Made by a program: the position numbers and the translations under genes. The notes under the pieces were generated by a model. That model had not been told where the DNA came from. It did no database searches and saw nothing but the letters and a program-made list of their open reading frames with translations. Below are positions 42,521 to 53,429 of a stretch of 64,000 bases of DNA, one piece after another. The stretch is from an uncultured Nitrospinota bacterium (lineage in GTDB: Bacteria > Tectomicrobia > Entotheonellia > J063 > CAVPRW01). Within the stretch, counting starts at the first letter, position 1. Every line of letters starts with the position of its first letter. The stretch covers positions 1 to 64,000 of the forward strand of contig CAVPRW010000047.1 in assembly GCA_963707985.1 (NCBI GenBank), written 5' to 3'.

Positions 42521-44473
42521 TCAGGGCAGAAGATAGCGCTGAAACCATGCCAACATGCGGCCTAGATACTCTTCGCGCATCTTCGGATGGCCAACACGCA
42601 GGAATAAGTGCGAACAGTCCGGGAACCGCACGAATTCTACCTCTTTGCCGTGGCGCTTCAGCGCGACAAAGTATTGCTCCCCTTGCTCGATGGGGCAGCG
42701 TAGATCGGCCTCCCCATGGAGTAGCAGCACCGGCGTCTCCACGGCTGGGGCATAGGTCAGTGGAGAGCGCTCGACCGCCTGTGCCAAGGCCTCCCAGCGG
42801 GTGCCCCGCCATTGCACCTCGCCGAAGCTGACGCCGATATCGGAGGTACCATACATACTGGGCAAATCGATACATGGGGCGCCCACCACCGCGGCTTCGA
42901 AGCGCGATGTATGGCCAATGATCCAACTACTCATGTAGCCACCATAGCTATAGCCGTGCACTCCCAGACGTGTATCATCGACGTAAGGACGTGATACGAC
43001 TGCGTCCACTGCCGCCATGAGGTCCTGATAATCCTCTCCACCCCAGTCCCCTAGCACTGCCATGGTAAAGGCATTGCCGTAGGTGGTGGAGCCGCGGGGG
43101 TTGGCGGCGAGCACGATGAATCCCGCCGTGGCCAACACCTGTTGCGGAAGGTTGAACGCATCGTAAAAGGCGGAATGGGGCCCTCCGTGAATATCGAGCA
43201 CCAGGGGATAGCGTTGCGTTGGGTCGAAGCTCGTCGGCAACCAAAGACGGCATTCGATTTCCATCCCTTGGCGGTGGATGGTGAACTTTTCGAGACGGGC
43301 CGGTGGGCACTCTACAAAGTAGTCGAGATTGTCGTCAGTCAACTGTTTCAGGGAACCACACGAAGTCTCCACGAGATACAGGACTCCAGGGGAGCCCGGT
43401 GGCGTGGCTGCCAGCACAGCTTGTCCTGCGTCCTGGTCAAGCGTCAGGGCCGTAGCCTGAAAACCGCCCCCGGCGATCGGTCGTGCGCGGCCTGCGGCGA
43501 CAGGGACCTCATAGAGGTAGGACTGACCACGGACGTCGCCAATCAGCAAAATCCGCTCGTCGGCGGTCCAGCGCAGCTCTGGGGCAGACATGATGGGATA
43601 GAATCCGGTGGCCGGTCGGAAGGCATCGTCGGTGATGCGCCGAGGTGCCTGCCCAGGGCCTACGATGAAGAGCCATCCCTGTGAGCCAGCACTCCCATTG
43701 GGATCGTCGGAGGCGACCAGCACCAGCTGGCTGCTATCGGGCGACCACGCTAGGGCGCCGATGCTGTAGAGCTCCCCAGACCAACACGTGGGCTCTCCAC
43801 CGCCCACGGGCACGACATACACCTCGCTGTAGGCCCGGATATCTCGCTCGGGCCGGCGTGCGGAGATGAATGCGATGTGTCGACCATTGGGTGACCAGGC
43901 GGGAGAGAGATCATCCCAATCGCCATCCGTTAGTTGGCGGGCATCTCCTCTAGTCACATCGATCAGAAACAGGTGGCGATGTGTCTCACCTCGCCAGCCG
44001 AGCGTGTCGTAGCGGTAACGCAGGCGCCGGACCACCTTGACGCGTGGTTCCTTCTTCATCTCTTGCTCTGCGGGTAGGCGTTCCGGATCGACATCGGTCG
44101 TAAAGACAAGCCGCTGCCCATCCGACGACCAGGCAAATTCGGCAACGCCTCCAGGGGCATGGGTGAGTTGCCACGCCTCGCCACCGTGCACCGGCATCAG
44201 CCAGACCTGCCGCGGCTGGTTGTCGCCTCGTCGCAGGAAGGCGAGATAGCGCCCATCGGGAGAGAATCGAGGCAAGGCATCGTGCATCCCATGCGTGAAG
44301 ACCTCTGTTCGGTCATCGCTCAAAGTCCGCAACATGATGTGCGAACACCCTGCCATCGTGTCGCGAGCAATCCAGGATCGTACAAAAGCTAGGCGCTGTC
44401 CGTCCGGTGTGAAATGGGGATCGGCAACACCTGCCAGGTCGTAGATGGCATCAGGTCTAATGGGGTGTGACAT
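42521..44473 (-). CDS. S9 family peptidase (acylaminoacyl/dipeptidyl peptidase)
   Basis: PD40 repeats, IHGGP, GYSYGG, HGEADLRC, terminal His. Confidence 0.93.
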   Translation of the reverse strand: MSHPIRPDAIYDLAGVADPHFTPDGQRLAFVRSWIARDTMAGCSHIMLRTLSDDRTEVFTHGMHDALPRFSPDGRYLAFLRRGDNQPRQVWLMPVHGGEAWQLTHAPGGVAEFAWSSDGQRLVFTTDVDPERLPAEQEMKKEPRVKVVRRLRYRYDTLGWRGETHRHLFLIDVTRGDARQLTDGDWDDLSPAWSPNGRHIAFISARRPERDIRAYSEVYVVPVGGGEPTCWSGELYSIGALAWSPDSSQLVLVASDDPNGSAGSQGWLFIVGPGQAPRRITDDAFRPATGFYPIMSAPELRWTADERILLIGDVRGQSYLYEVPVAAGRARPIAGGGFQATALTLDQDAGQAVLAATPPGSPGVLYLVETSCGSLKQLTDDNLDYFVECPPARLEKFTIHRQGMEIECRLWLPTSFDPTQRYPLVLDIHGGPHSAFYDAFNLPQQVLATAGFIVLAANPRGSTTYGNAFTMAVLGDWGGEDYQDLMAAVDAVVSRPYVDDTRLGVHGYSYGGYMSSWIIGHTSRFEAAVVGAPCIDLPSMYGTSDIGVSFGEVQWRGTRWEALAQAVERSPLTYAPAVETPVLLLHGEADLRCPIEQGEQYFVALKRHGKEVEFVRFPDCSHLFLRVGHPKMREEYLGRMLAWFQRYLLP

Positions 44474-44545
44474 CGCAGCCCTCCTCGATCATGCCTTCCT
44501 ACCGACCAGGACCAGCAGTGGATCCAACCCTGGATGGGTTTTTCA

Positions 44546-45196
44546 TTAGGGCGACATCGCCCGGCCCGAAAAGCCCTTGCGTGTTGAGACTCGCGGCCCC
44601 ACCCCCTTGACCACGGTGGCAATCTCACGGCTGAGGCTGGCCACCGTCTGACTCATGGCGGCAACTATGGCGGTATACTCTTGCCCACCAGGGGAGGCAC
44701 TGAAACGTGACCTTCCGCTCGTAAGGACTTCTTGTCCTTCGCCCTTAAAGAGCGTCCAGTCGGCAATCAACAGGCTGTCTCCGCCGACTTGACTCAGGAA
44801 GTGGGCCACATCCACGGTGATCTGGTAGTCGATCGGGGTAGCCCGCGGCCAGGGGGACATGGCGACGCGAGCTGTCGGCAGCAGGAGCGAGAGATTTTCG
44901 GCAAGCACGCGCGAAAAATTGTTATCGAGCGCTTCGGCCCAGCGATCGAACTCAGCCAGTTTGATCTCATAGGGGCTGGTACGGGTGACAATCTGCGGTC
45001 GATCGACGTAGCGTGGCAAGGTCACCGGGCCGACGCCAATGGTGGGGCCTGGCTGGCCTGACGTTGCCGGCGAGGCCGTTTCTGTGTCGGGCATAGCGCT
45101 CAAGAGATAGAATCGCGACGGTTGGCTGGCACAGCCTCCTACCATCAGGGACGTCCCCAGAATCACTGCGACAAGTGCAAGCATACTGGCATGCAT
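44546..45196 (-). CDS. pqiC: PqiC-family lipoprotein
   Basis: Lipobox VGGC, RFYLLS, VGPVTLPRYVDRPQIV, RWAEAL. Confidence 0.85.
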   Translation of the reverse strand: MHASMLALVAVILGTSLMVGGCASQPSRFYLLSAMPDTETASPATSGQPGPTIGVGPVTLPRYVDRPQIVTRTSPYEIKLAEFDRWAEALDNNFSRVLAENLSLLLPTARVAMSPWPRATPIDYQITVDVAHFLSQVGGDSLLIADWTLFKGEGQEVLTSGRSRFSASPGGQEYTAIVAAMSQTVASLSREIATVVKGVGPRVSTRKGFSGRAMSP

Positions 45197-45199
45197 CCT

Positions 45200-46282
45200 T
45201 TACCTCCGGTCCCCACCTTTCCCCGTGAGCAGCGCATTGGGATTACGCTCGAGGTAATCGACCAACACACGGATGGCACGTACGGCTGTCGTAACCTCCT
45301 GCAGCGTCGCCACGAGATTGTCGTCAAGCCGCCGCTGCGCCGAGACCATGGTCGCTTGCGCCGTTTTGGCCGTATCCGTGATGCTATCCGTCATGCGCAT
45401 GACCTTGCCATCCGCATTGCGAACCAATTGCTGGCTATCCTTCAGGACCGCCCGCGCTGCCTCCATCGTTTGCTTGGCGCCGTCGGACAGTGGGATGATC
45501 TGGCCGTCGAGACGCCGGACTAACTGCTGGATGTCCGTGAGTACTGCTCGGCTAGCCGCCGAGGCGCCCCCCACATCGTCAAGTACTCGTCCCACCTGGC
45601 CATCCACCTGGCGCACAAGGTGCTGCACGTCGATCATCGTTTCGCTCATGGCGCGCACCGCCTCGAGCACTTCCGGGGCGTTCACCAATCGATTGGCGCC
45701 CTCGATGGTTTGCATGAAATTCACGAAGAGCTGTTCCAGGGGTAATTCTTGAATCTTCTCAAGGATGTTCTGGGCGGCCGCTTGCACCTGTTGCAGAGCG
45801 GTAGGTATGGTCGGCAGCTCGGGGACGTCGGGGTCACCCCCAACCAACCTGACGGGCGTGTCAGGATAGAAGCCCAGCTGCACGAATAGTTGACCGGTGA
45901 CCAAACTCTGCGTCTCCAATCGCGCCCGTAGCCCACGCTCGACCAGTGATTGAATAAAGCGCTTGCGATCGTCTCTATCTGCCCTGTGGCCCATTTCCTG
46001 GATGCTACCCGGCATGATTTCAATATACACCGGTGTGCGAAACGCCTGTTCGCGCCCCAAGTATTGCACCGCGACATTGGTTACCGATCCGACTTTGACT
46101 CCTTGAAAATCAACTGGTGCCCCAACGTTCAGCCCTTTCACCGACCCATCGAAGTACAACACAAACTGCCGTGTTTCGGTAAAGAAACGACCCCGCCCGA
46201 ACACTAATAAGCCGATGACGATGAGTGCTAATGCACCGACGATAAAGGCGCCAATCACCGTTGGATTCGCCCGTCTACCCAT
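45200..46282 (-). CDS. MlaD/MCE family protein
   Basis: FDGSVKGLNVGAPVDFQGVKVGSV, GLRARLETQSLVTGQL, LERNPNALL. Confidence 0.9.
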   Translation of the reverse strand: MGRRANPTVIGAFIVGALALIVIGLLVFGRGRFFTETRQFVLYFDGSVKGLNVGAPVDFQGVKVGSVTNVAVQYLGREQAFRTPVYIEIMPGSIQEMGHRADRDDRKRFIQSLVERGLRARLETQSLVTGQLFVQLGFYPDTPVRLVGGDPDVPELPTIPTALQQVQAAAQNILEKIQELPLEQLFVNFMQTIEGANRLVNAPEVLEAVRAMSETMIDVQHLVRQVDGQVGRVLDDVGGASAASRAVLTDIQQLVRRLDGQIIPLSDGAKQTMEAARAVLKDSQQLVRNADGKVMRMTDSITDTAKTAQATMVSAQRRLDDNLVATLQEVTTAVRAIRVLVDYLERNPNALLTGKGGDRR

Positions 46283-46393
46283 GCATGCCTCTCCTCGCTC
46301 CCAATGCTAGGCATCTGAGGTATGATTTATGGCTATGGGAGCATTCCACCACAATCTCGTACAGACTACCGTTACGGTGCTCCAGCTGCCGGC

Positions 46394-47188
46394 TTACCCT
46401 GCACCTCTGCCGGAGAGCGAGGGGGCCTGGGGCTTGAATTCTCCACGCGTGAGGAACTCACGCACCTTCAGGTCTGGGCACTCATCGCGTAACACCTTTG
46501 GATCGCCGCTAGCGATCATCGTCTTGGTGTCTGCATCGAGAAACACCGAGTTGTTGCCAATGGAGAAAATACTCGCCAATTCGTGCGTCACCACGATCAC
46601 CGTGGCGCCGAGACTGTCCCGAAGTTCCAGAATCAACTCGTCCAGCCGGCGCGAGCTAATAGGATCCAGGCCAGCCGAGGGTTCATCGAAGAAGAGGATA
46701 TCGGGATCCAAGGCCATGGCCCTCGCCAGGCCCGCACGTTTCTGCATCCCACCACTGATTTCTGATGGATAGAAGGCATCGAAACCGGCCAGTCCGACCA
46801 GCGCCAGTTTGAGCGACACGACTTCGCGGATCTGGTCAGGGGGTAAGCTCGTATACTCCTGCAGCGGGAGCGCCACGTTCTCGGCCAGTGTCATTGAGCT
46901 CCACAGACCACCGCTCTGGAATAACACCCCGAAGCGCCGCTTAAGATGCTCTTGAGCCTCCGGTGGTGCCGTCCAGAAATTCTCACCCTCGATGAAGACG
47001 TCGCCCTTGGCCGGCGGCATGAGTCCGATCAGATGCCGCAGAAGTGTGCTCTTGCCGCAGCCGCTGCCACCCATAATAATGAAAATGTCCCCGCGTTGTA
47101 CCGTGAAGGTGAGGTCGCGTTGGATCACAAAGCTGCCATAGGCCATGGTCAGATCCCGCACGATGATCGGTGCTGTCGCTGTCGTCAT
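46394..47188 (-). CDS. mlaF: ABC ATP-binding protein (MlaF-like)
   Basis: GGSGCGKS, ISGGMQKR, FFDEP. Confidence 0.9.
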   Translation of the reverse strand: MTTATAPIIVRDLTMAYGSFVIQRDLTFTVQRGDIFIIMGGSGCGKSTLLRHLIGLMPPAKGDVFIEGENFWTAPPEAQEHLKRRFGVLFQSGGLWSSMTLAENVALPLQEYTSLPPDQIREVVSLKLALVGLAGFDAFYPSEISGGMQKRAGLARAMALDPDILFFDEPSAGLDPISSRRLDELILELRDSLGATVIVVTHELASIFSIGNNSVFLDADTKTMIASGDPKVLRDECPDLKVREFLTRGEFKPQAPSLSGRGAG

Positions 47189-47210
47189 CGCTGTCCTCAC
47201 TCCTCTTGCC

Positions 47211-48386
47211 TTACCACACCTGAAGATAAATGACTGTCAAGATGGCAGACGCCACGATAATGCCCACAATGCTCGTGACCACTGCCGAGGTGGCTGCCTG
47301 CCCCACTGCGGCAGCACTGCGTCCACTTTGCATGCCTCGCATGCAGCCAGCCAAGGCGATGATCACCCCATAGACGGCGCCTTTGATAAGTCCCTGGGCA
47401 ATGTACTTGAGGGTGAGCGCCTCCTGGAGCTGATGAAAGTAGATCTTTACGGACACATCGAGCATCGTCACCCCAATGGCCGCGCCGCCCAACATCCCCA
47501 TGAGGTCGGCATATACCGTCAACAACGGCACCATCAACACCAGGGCCAGCATCCGCGGGACTACGAGAAATTCCATAGGGGAGATGCCCAAGGTGGTCAA
47601 GGCATCGATCTCCTGGTTCACCTGCATGGTCCCGAGTTGCGCCGCAAAGGCCGCGCCGGTGCGACCTGACATGATGATGGCCGTCATCATCGCCCCCATC
47701 TCCAGCGCCATGGCCAATCCTACCAGGTTGGCGACATAGATCTGCGCGCCAAACTGCTGCAGTTGCACTGCGCCGATAAAGGCCAGGATGGCCCCCACTA
47801 AGAAACTGATCAGGGTCACAATCGGCAGGGCCTGGGCACCACACTCCTGCAAGAGCAGGAAGAGGTCGGACGCACGCAGACTTGCCCGGCCCCGTAATAG
47901 CTGGAGAAAGGCCAGGAAGGCTTCGCCGATGAAGCGCAACATCTCGGATGCCTCCTCGACGACACCGATCCCCCATTTGCCAATACGAGCGAGAAAGGGA
48001 TCCCGTGCCTCCCCCCGCCGGGCCTCTTGCCGCTCCGGCACGGCCGCGGCGAGGTCGAGGAGCCGCCTAATACCATCCGGGAGAGTGCCACGATCAATGG
48101 CGATTTGACGCGACCGGCACAGCTCTTCCACGTTGCGCAGGAAAGTGACCAGACCGCTGTCCCATCCGGTCAGCTCTGCGGTCTCAAAGGTCAGGCGCTG
48201 CACCGGGGCTGCAGCGTCGATCTGTTGCTGCAGCTCAGCTACCGTGGGTCGGTCGCTCTGCAGGGTCCAGCTCCCGGACAAGTGCACCAGCAATGTGCCC
48301 CCCGTGGGACGACTCACCTGTATCACGCCACGCTCCCGAGCGGTGTCTTTTACGGCATCCACGGCTTCCTTCTCCTCCACCAGCAT
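47211..48386 (-). CDS. mlaE: MlaE-family permease with N-terminal STAS domain
   Basis: WDSGLV; GRTGAAFAAQLGTMQVNQEIDAL, VVPRMLAL, VGQAATSAVV. Confidence 0.9.
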   Translation of the reverse strand: MLVEEKEAVDAVKDTARERGVIQVSRPTGGTLLVHLSGSWTLQSDRPTVAELQQQIDAAAPVQRLTFETAELTGWDSGLVTFLRNVEELCRSRQIAIDRGTLPDGIRRLLDLAAAVPERQEARRGEARDPFLARIGKWGIGVVEEASEMLRFIGEAFLAFLQLLRGRASLRASDLFLLLQECGAQALPIVTLISFLVGAILAFIGAVQLQQFGAQIYVANLVGLAMALEMGAMMTAIIMSGRTGAAFAAQLGTMQVNQEIDALTTLGISPMEFLVVPRMLALVLMVPLLTVYADLMGMLGGAAIGVTMLDVSVKIYFHQLQEALTLKYIAQGLIKGAVYGVIIALAGCMRGMQSGRSAAAVGQAATSAVVTSIVGIIVASAILTVIYLQVW

Positions 48387-48418
48387 ACGCTCGCCACGCG
48401 GCGCTTGGGTCCGACGGA

Positions 48419-48916
48419 CTACTTTTCCAGCTTCACGCCGATGCCGGTCGGCGAGGGTGTGAGGGTGACATCTACCGTGGTCGCTGGCGAGGACAAGCTC
48501 AATGACACCATCACCCCGCGCTCATTGACCAATGACACCTGGCCGGACACCCGCCCAGCAGTCACGGCCCGATCAGTCACCTTATACGTCCCTTCAAAAT
48601 CCGACAGCTTCGGTAAGTTGAATACTTCCCCGACCGCCTGGACAGAGATAATCGCCTCTCGCGTGCCGGTGACCCCCAGCCCACTCACCTCAAACGCATG
48701 CTGCGAGCCATCATTGAGGATCAGTGTACCTTTGCCCCAGGTAACGCCGCTGCTGCCACCTGGGGGCGTGGCCACCGTCCCCGTAAACGTCACAGCTCCG
48801 GCAGGCTTGAGAGGTTGGGCAGCAGGCTTGCGGGCCTGGCCTGCCTGTGCCACGACTCCCGAGAGCATCGCGATGCCGACCACCAACGCCAGCACACCGC
48901 TGGATAGACGCTTCAT
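48419..48916 (-). CDS. Exported protein, DUF1134-like
   Basis: Signal peptide; GVTWGKGTL, GEVFNL..LSDFEGTY, LVNERGV. Confidence 0.6.
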   Translation of the reverse strand: MKRLSSGVLALVVGIAMLSGVVAQAGQARKPAAQPLKPAGAVTFTGTVATPPGGSSGVTWGKGTLILNDGSQHAFEVSGLGVTGTREAIISVQAVGEVFNLPKLSDFEGTYKVTDRAVTAGRVSGQVSLVNERGVMVSLSLSSPATTVDVTLTPSPTGIGVKLEK

Positions 48917-49258
48917 GCTTCCCCCCTTCGCGTGGATACTGTTATCCGGATGCGGCGGACATCTAACGTTCGAACAGCTCAAGCGTCCAGCAGCTTACCC
49001 TTCTTATGGCATACGGTCAAGCATCTGCCCTCCGGAAGGGGCCTATAGCCTGAGGCTCGTGGTAGCGGAGCACGTGGAGCACAATGATTTTCTCTTGGCA
49101 GCTGGCACAGTGATCGTGTACAAACGATTGTGGTTGCCTAGAATGGATTAGCACTCGTCCGATCGCATACCGGACAGAAAATCGTGCATGGATGTGAGAC
49201 GCGACGGATGAGTCGTGCCCGTATGTAAGATGGTCCATATAAAGGTGTCATAGCGGCT

Positions 49259-50041
49259 ATGCGAATCTTCGCGATTTCGGACCTCCACACCGATTTTCGA
49301 GAGAACATGGGGCTCGTTGAGCAGTTATCGAATGTCACCTATCAACGGGACATCCTCATTGCTGCCGGCGATATCTCTGACAAGCTCGACACACTGAAAG
49401 CGACACTGGCGCTGCTGCGAGCGAAGTTCATGAAAATATTTTATGTGCCGGGGAATCATGAACTATGGGTGCGTAGGGAGCAGCAGACGTCGGTCGAGAA
49501 GTTTTTCAGCGTCCTGGCATTGTGCGAGGGGCTGGATATTCACACCGGCCCAGCGAAAATCGAAGCGGTGTGGATCGTGCCACTGTTTTCCTGGTATGAG
49601 GCTCAATTCGATGCCGATAATAGCGGCGATTCCGACAGCCTGAGCGGCTGGGCTGATTTTTATCTCTGCAAATGGCCCACCGCCCTAGGACAGGTCGCTG
49701 ATTTCTTTCTGAGAATGAATGAACCGCGTCTCCTGGCCTACGATGGTCCAGTCATCTCGTTCTCACATTTTCTCCCCAGGCGGGACCTGCTTCCAGCTGT
49801 AGAGCGTCTCAGATTCAAAGGCCTTCCCAAGGTTGCAGGCTGTGCGGGGATCGATGCGCAACTTCGCTCCTTAAATTCGCGCGTACATGTCTTCGGGCAT
49901 AGCCACATCAGTTGTGACCGCGTCATCGATGGCGTACGGTACATCCAAAATCCGCTGCGTTATCCACGTGAGCGGACAATTGCGGCTTTTCCGATGAAGA
50001 TCATCGCTGACAGCGGCCGTCTCACGTTCCCTCCCGCGTAG
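49259..50041 (+). CDS. Calcineurin-like metallophosphoesterase
   Basis: SDLH, AGDISD, PGNHE, SHF, FGHSH. Confidence 0.9.
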   Translation: MRIFAISDLHTDFRENMGLVEQLSNVTYQRDILIAAGDISDKLDTLKATLALLRAKFMKIFYVPGNHELWVRREQQTSVEKFFSVLALCEGLDIHTGPAKIEAVWIVPLFSWYEAQFDADNSGDSDSLSGWADFYLCKWPTALGQVADFFLRMNEPRLLAYDGPVISFSHFLPRRDLLPAVERLRFKGLPKVAGCAGIDAQLRSLNSRVHVFGHSHISCDRVIDGVRYIQNPLRYPRERTIAAFPMKIIADSGRLTFPPA

Positions 50042-52271
50042 GCCCCCCCATACCGCGGATGAATGGTTTGAACTTCTTGTACAACTCCAGCAGTTTGGCT
50101 TTGTAATACTCCACATTTTCATCCGGCTGGTGACGATTCCACAGGGAGGCCAGCTTGGCTGCCTCATGCACTTTGACGCGCTTTCCTGTGCCGGCCACAT
50201 AATAGGAAATTTGGTCACCGGGTTGATAGGAACGCTGTGACTGAATGGCCAGCTCATAGAGGGCCGACGGATTGCGCTTTTTGTCGCGCACCTTGTCGCG
50301 GTAGGTGGCGATCGAATCCTGCATCGATTCCGTTTTCATAAACATCTTCACATCGAACCGGTGCTGCTCGAATTCCTCCATATACTTGGCCAGCAGCGCA
50401 TCGACCTGGTCCGCCTGTCCTCGGAGTAACAGGCCGAACATTTCCTCCATCCAGGCGCGCAGATACGGCTCTATACCCCGCGATTTCAAGCCGGACCCCT
50501 TGAGAATCACCTCGCCACGCTCATCCAGCAGCGCGTAATTTTTCATTTTGTAACTGAACATTGCCGGATAGTGTCCATCCAGCTCCAGATTGATCCCCGT
50601 GGGTAATCCTTGTGACACATGACTGAGCAGGCGTTCTCCTTCCTCCGGCGTGTGCATGCCCTCGGGTGGCGTAAAGTAGAGCCCGTCGGTGTCCACTTCG
50701 ATGATTCGGCAGCAGGCGTCCTCAAGCCCGGCGACAATGTGTTGAATGATCTCCCTCCCAGTGCGGGTCACGCGATCGGCTTGCCCAAAATCGTTAAAAT
50801 GGCCCAGCGAGAAGCCAAGATAGCCATAAAATGAGTTGATCAGGATCTTGAACGTGGCCTGCAGCGCATCATAGTATCGTTGCCCGACGGGACTGTCCGC
50901 CTGCCGGGCCAGGCCTTTCGCCTGCACGCGGAACTCCCGAAGGTCGTGCAGCAGCGACGGGAAGACGCCGAGGACGTCATGTGCTGGAAAACATTCATAG
51001 CTCAACATGATCGACGGGTACAGCGAGGTGATGTCGCAATGCAGGACGTTCTGCACGACCCCTTGATAGCGGCAATCGGTAAAACCGCCTGAGACCGCCT
51101 GACCCGGTGAGGGTGTGTGGATGGCATGGCGCTGCCGCAGGTATTCGCGCAGGAACAGCAGATCGATCTTGGTCGCATTACCCCGCAGGATGGTGTTCTG
51201 ATATGATAGCGGGAAGATCTGTGCTTGGACCACATAACTTGGGCTTAGAATGTTGCTAATGGCACGGGTCTCGCGTACATCATCGAGAGCGTAGCGGAAC
51301 AGCGTGTCTGGGTCGTGATCGAAGTACCAGCTCACCCGCTCTGGCTGGATGTACGTGCGGTCCGATGCTGCCACGCCGAAATGGCGGGCCACATCCTTGA
51401 GGCCGTAGCTCTCCAGATCGCGCGTGCCGATATCATATAATTGTGCCAACATCCAGGTATCAGCGATATGGCGGCCAAAGATTTCATATTTGCGGTAACT
51501 AATCGTGCGTTCGGCGATGTTCAGGCGCGATGCATGGCTATGCAGCACGCTGCCATCGCGGCCCCACTGGAGCTGAATACGGTGCCGTCGGGCGCGAGCT
51601 TCGATATATTCCAGATCGAAGCGAAACAGATTATGCCCTTCAATGACATCCGGGTCGCGGCGGCGTATTTCCAACGTCAACTCGGCAAGCATCTCTGGCT
51701 CGGAGAGGTCGTGGCCGGTGATGATGCGCTCCCAGCCCGATTGATCCGCCAGCGCGATGGCAGTGATGCGGTCTCCCGGCCGTCCGGGATTGGGGAACTC
51801 GAACCCCTCGGTCGTGTAAGTCTCTATATCGAGCTGCAAGCGCTTCAACTGCTCAAAGCCCATGCCGAGAAAATGTGTCTGGCCGGTCAGCATCAAGTGC
51901 TGCGCGACCGGATCGTTGAGGAAAAAATATGGGGCGTCGAGGGCACTGGCGGACCTGCCTGAGGCCTTTTGTAAGTGTGCTTTGGCTTTGTCCAGCTCGC
52001 TCCAGCTCTGGAAGCGCATCAGGTAGGTATAAAAGCCCTCTCCGGCCAGCTTCTCGATGTCGTACTTACCGGTCCAGGATTTGAGCAGTGACGGGTCTGC
52101 GAGCAGCATAAAGGGCGTGAAGTCTTGCACAAATGAGTGGGTTTCCCCGGCGTGGCGCACAAAGACCCGGATGGCGGCCTCCCTCTCACGTTCAAAGGCC
52201 AGGAGACTCGGCTGTCCAGCATGGCCGAACAGGACTTTATTGTCGTAGAATGGCAGTTCCAACGCTTGCAT
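50022..52271 (-). CDS. polB: Family B DNA polymerase with 3'-5' exonuclease (Pol II-like)
   Basis: LDIET, GHNLFRFD, YALDD, DITSLYPS, KILINSFYG, VDTDG. Confidence 0.93.
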   Translation of the reverse strand: MQALELPFYDNKVLFGHAGQPSLLAFEREREAAIRVFVRHAGETHSFVQDFTPFMLLADPSLLKSWTGKYDIEKLAGEGFYTYLMRFQSWSELDKAKAHLQKASGRSASALDAPYFFLNDPVAQHLMLTGQTHFLGMGFEQLKRLQLDIETYTTEGFEFPNPGRPGDRITAIALADQSGWERIITGHDLSEPEMLAELTLEIRRRDPDVIEGHNLFRFDLEYIEARARRHRIQLQWGRDGSVLHSHASRLNIAERTISYRKYEIFGRHIADTWMLAQLYDIGTRDLESYGLKDVARHFGVAASDRTYIQPERVSWYFDHDPDTLFRYALDDVRETRAISNILSPSYVVQAQIFPLSYQNTILRGNATKIDLLFLREYLRQRHAIHTPSPGQAVSGGFTDCRYQGVVQNVLHCDITSLYPSIMLSYECFPAHDVLGVFPSLLHDLREFRVQAKGLARQADSPVGQRYYDALQATFKILINSFYGYLGFSLGHFNDFGQADRVTRTGREIIQHIVAGLEDACCRIIEVDTDGLYFTPPEGMHTPEEGERLLSHVSQGLPTGINLELDGHYPAMFSYKMKNYALLDERGEVILKGSGLKSRGIEPYLRAWMEEMFGLLLRGQADQVDALLAKYMEEFEQHRFDVKMFMKTESMQDSIATYRDKVRDKKRNPSALYELAIQSQRSYQPGDQISYYVAGTGKRVKVHEAAKLASLWNRHQPDENVEYYKAKLLELYKKFKPFIRGMGGPTREGT

Positions 52272-52356
52272 CTGCACACGCCCCTTCTGCATGGAAACGG
52301 CTTTTAGCCTGTGGGTAGAACGACTGCTGATAGCGTACGTCATTTGGCGAAGGCGA

Positions 52357-53151
52357 TCAAACGAGCCCTTCTGCCTCCGCGGCCGCCTCCAGTACGTCAT
52401 AGCCCTCCGGAGTTCCGGGGATGAATCCCTTACAACCTTCTAGCTCTAAGACCTGGCGATGTTCCGGATCGTCAAAGCGCATGGTCGTGAAGGCGACGGT
52501 AATCCGCTGCGTTAGGGCATCATCGAGCGTCCGCTGGGCGGTAAAACAGCAGTGGCTATAGCCTGGGCTGCTCCAGAACACGCGCACTTCGCCCTCCTGG
52601 AGCTGACCTTTCTCACGCAACGTGGCAAGGGCATGCCTGCTGACTGCGCCCGCATCATACTCCCGTGAACGCACCAGCGCCACCACACCCGCCTCGCCGG
52701 TCGGTCCACCAGCCGGACGGTCCTCGGCAAAGGTGGCAAGCCCCAGGTCGTTTTCAGGATCGACGCCCGCCTGTTTGAGAAAGTAATAGGCCAGCAGGCC
52801 TGCCTGCACAGACCCTCGGCTGCCAAACGCGAATCGTTTCCCCTTCACATCCTGGACGGTCTGAAGATCCGAGTCGGGATGAGTAATGAACTGCGTCGTG
52901 AAGTTGATGTCCATATCGCGCATGGCGACGACACGCGACCCGTCCGGTAGGCGTCGCCGGATCTTGACATACGCCAGAGGGCCATTCCAGGCCAGGTCGA
53001 CCTCACCACGGACAAATGCCTCTACCAGAGCATCATAGTTGGAATACAGCACCCAGTCGAGGGGCACATTCATTCGGTTGAAGTGCTTTTTGATACCTTC
53101 AAAAACGGTTACGACATACGGTGCATAGCCAACAGCCCCAATCTTCAGCAT
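52357..53151 (-). CDS. PhnD/phosphonate-type substrate-binding protein without signal peptide
   Basis: YDALVEAFVRGEVDLAWNGPLAYV, DVKGKRFAFGSRGS. Confidence 0.8.
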   Translation of the reverse strand: MLKIGAVGYAPYVVTVFEGIKKHFNRMNVPLDWVLYSNYDALVEAFVRGEVDLAWNGPLAYVKIRRRLPDGSRVVAMRDMDINFTTQFITHPDSDLQTVQDVKGKRFAFGSRGSVQAGLLAYYFLKQAGVDPENDLGLATFAEDRPAGGPTGEAGVVALVRSREYDAGAVSRHALATLREKGQLQEGEVRVFWSSPGYSHCCFTAQRTLDDALTQRITVAFTTMRFDDPEHRQVLELEGCKGFIPGTPEGYDVLEAAAEAEGLV

Positions 53152-53429
53152 AGGGTTGCCTCCGCGATCGACATCGCCATCCCACCGCTCCTCCTCTTGC
53201 CCGAAAACGGCAGGACAGTCAAGAGAGAATTAAGGCGTCATTGTCGCAGAAGGGCCACCGCAGTGCAAGCCATCTTCGTGCACCAGAGGATTCACCTCGG
53301 GTTCATTCCTCGTATGTTATAAGTTGGTAAGGTGGGGGTCGCGATGGCCCGTGGCTATGCTCACACGTATGCCTGCCAAAGTCAAAGTTGCCAGGCTATC
53401 TTCGACAGGTGCTTATGGGGGACAAAGCG

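Noticed and set aside
50022..52271. PolB as marker of a prophage, casposon or pipolin
   Set aside because: No integrase, cas1, terminal repeats or virion genes; neighbours are housekeeping-type
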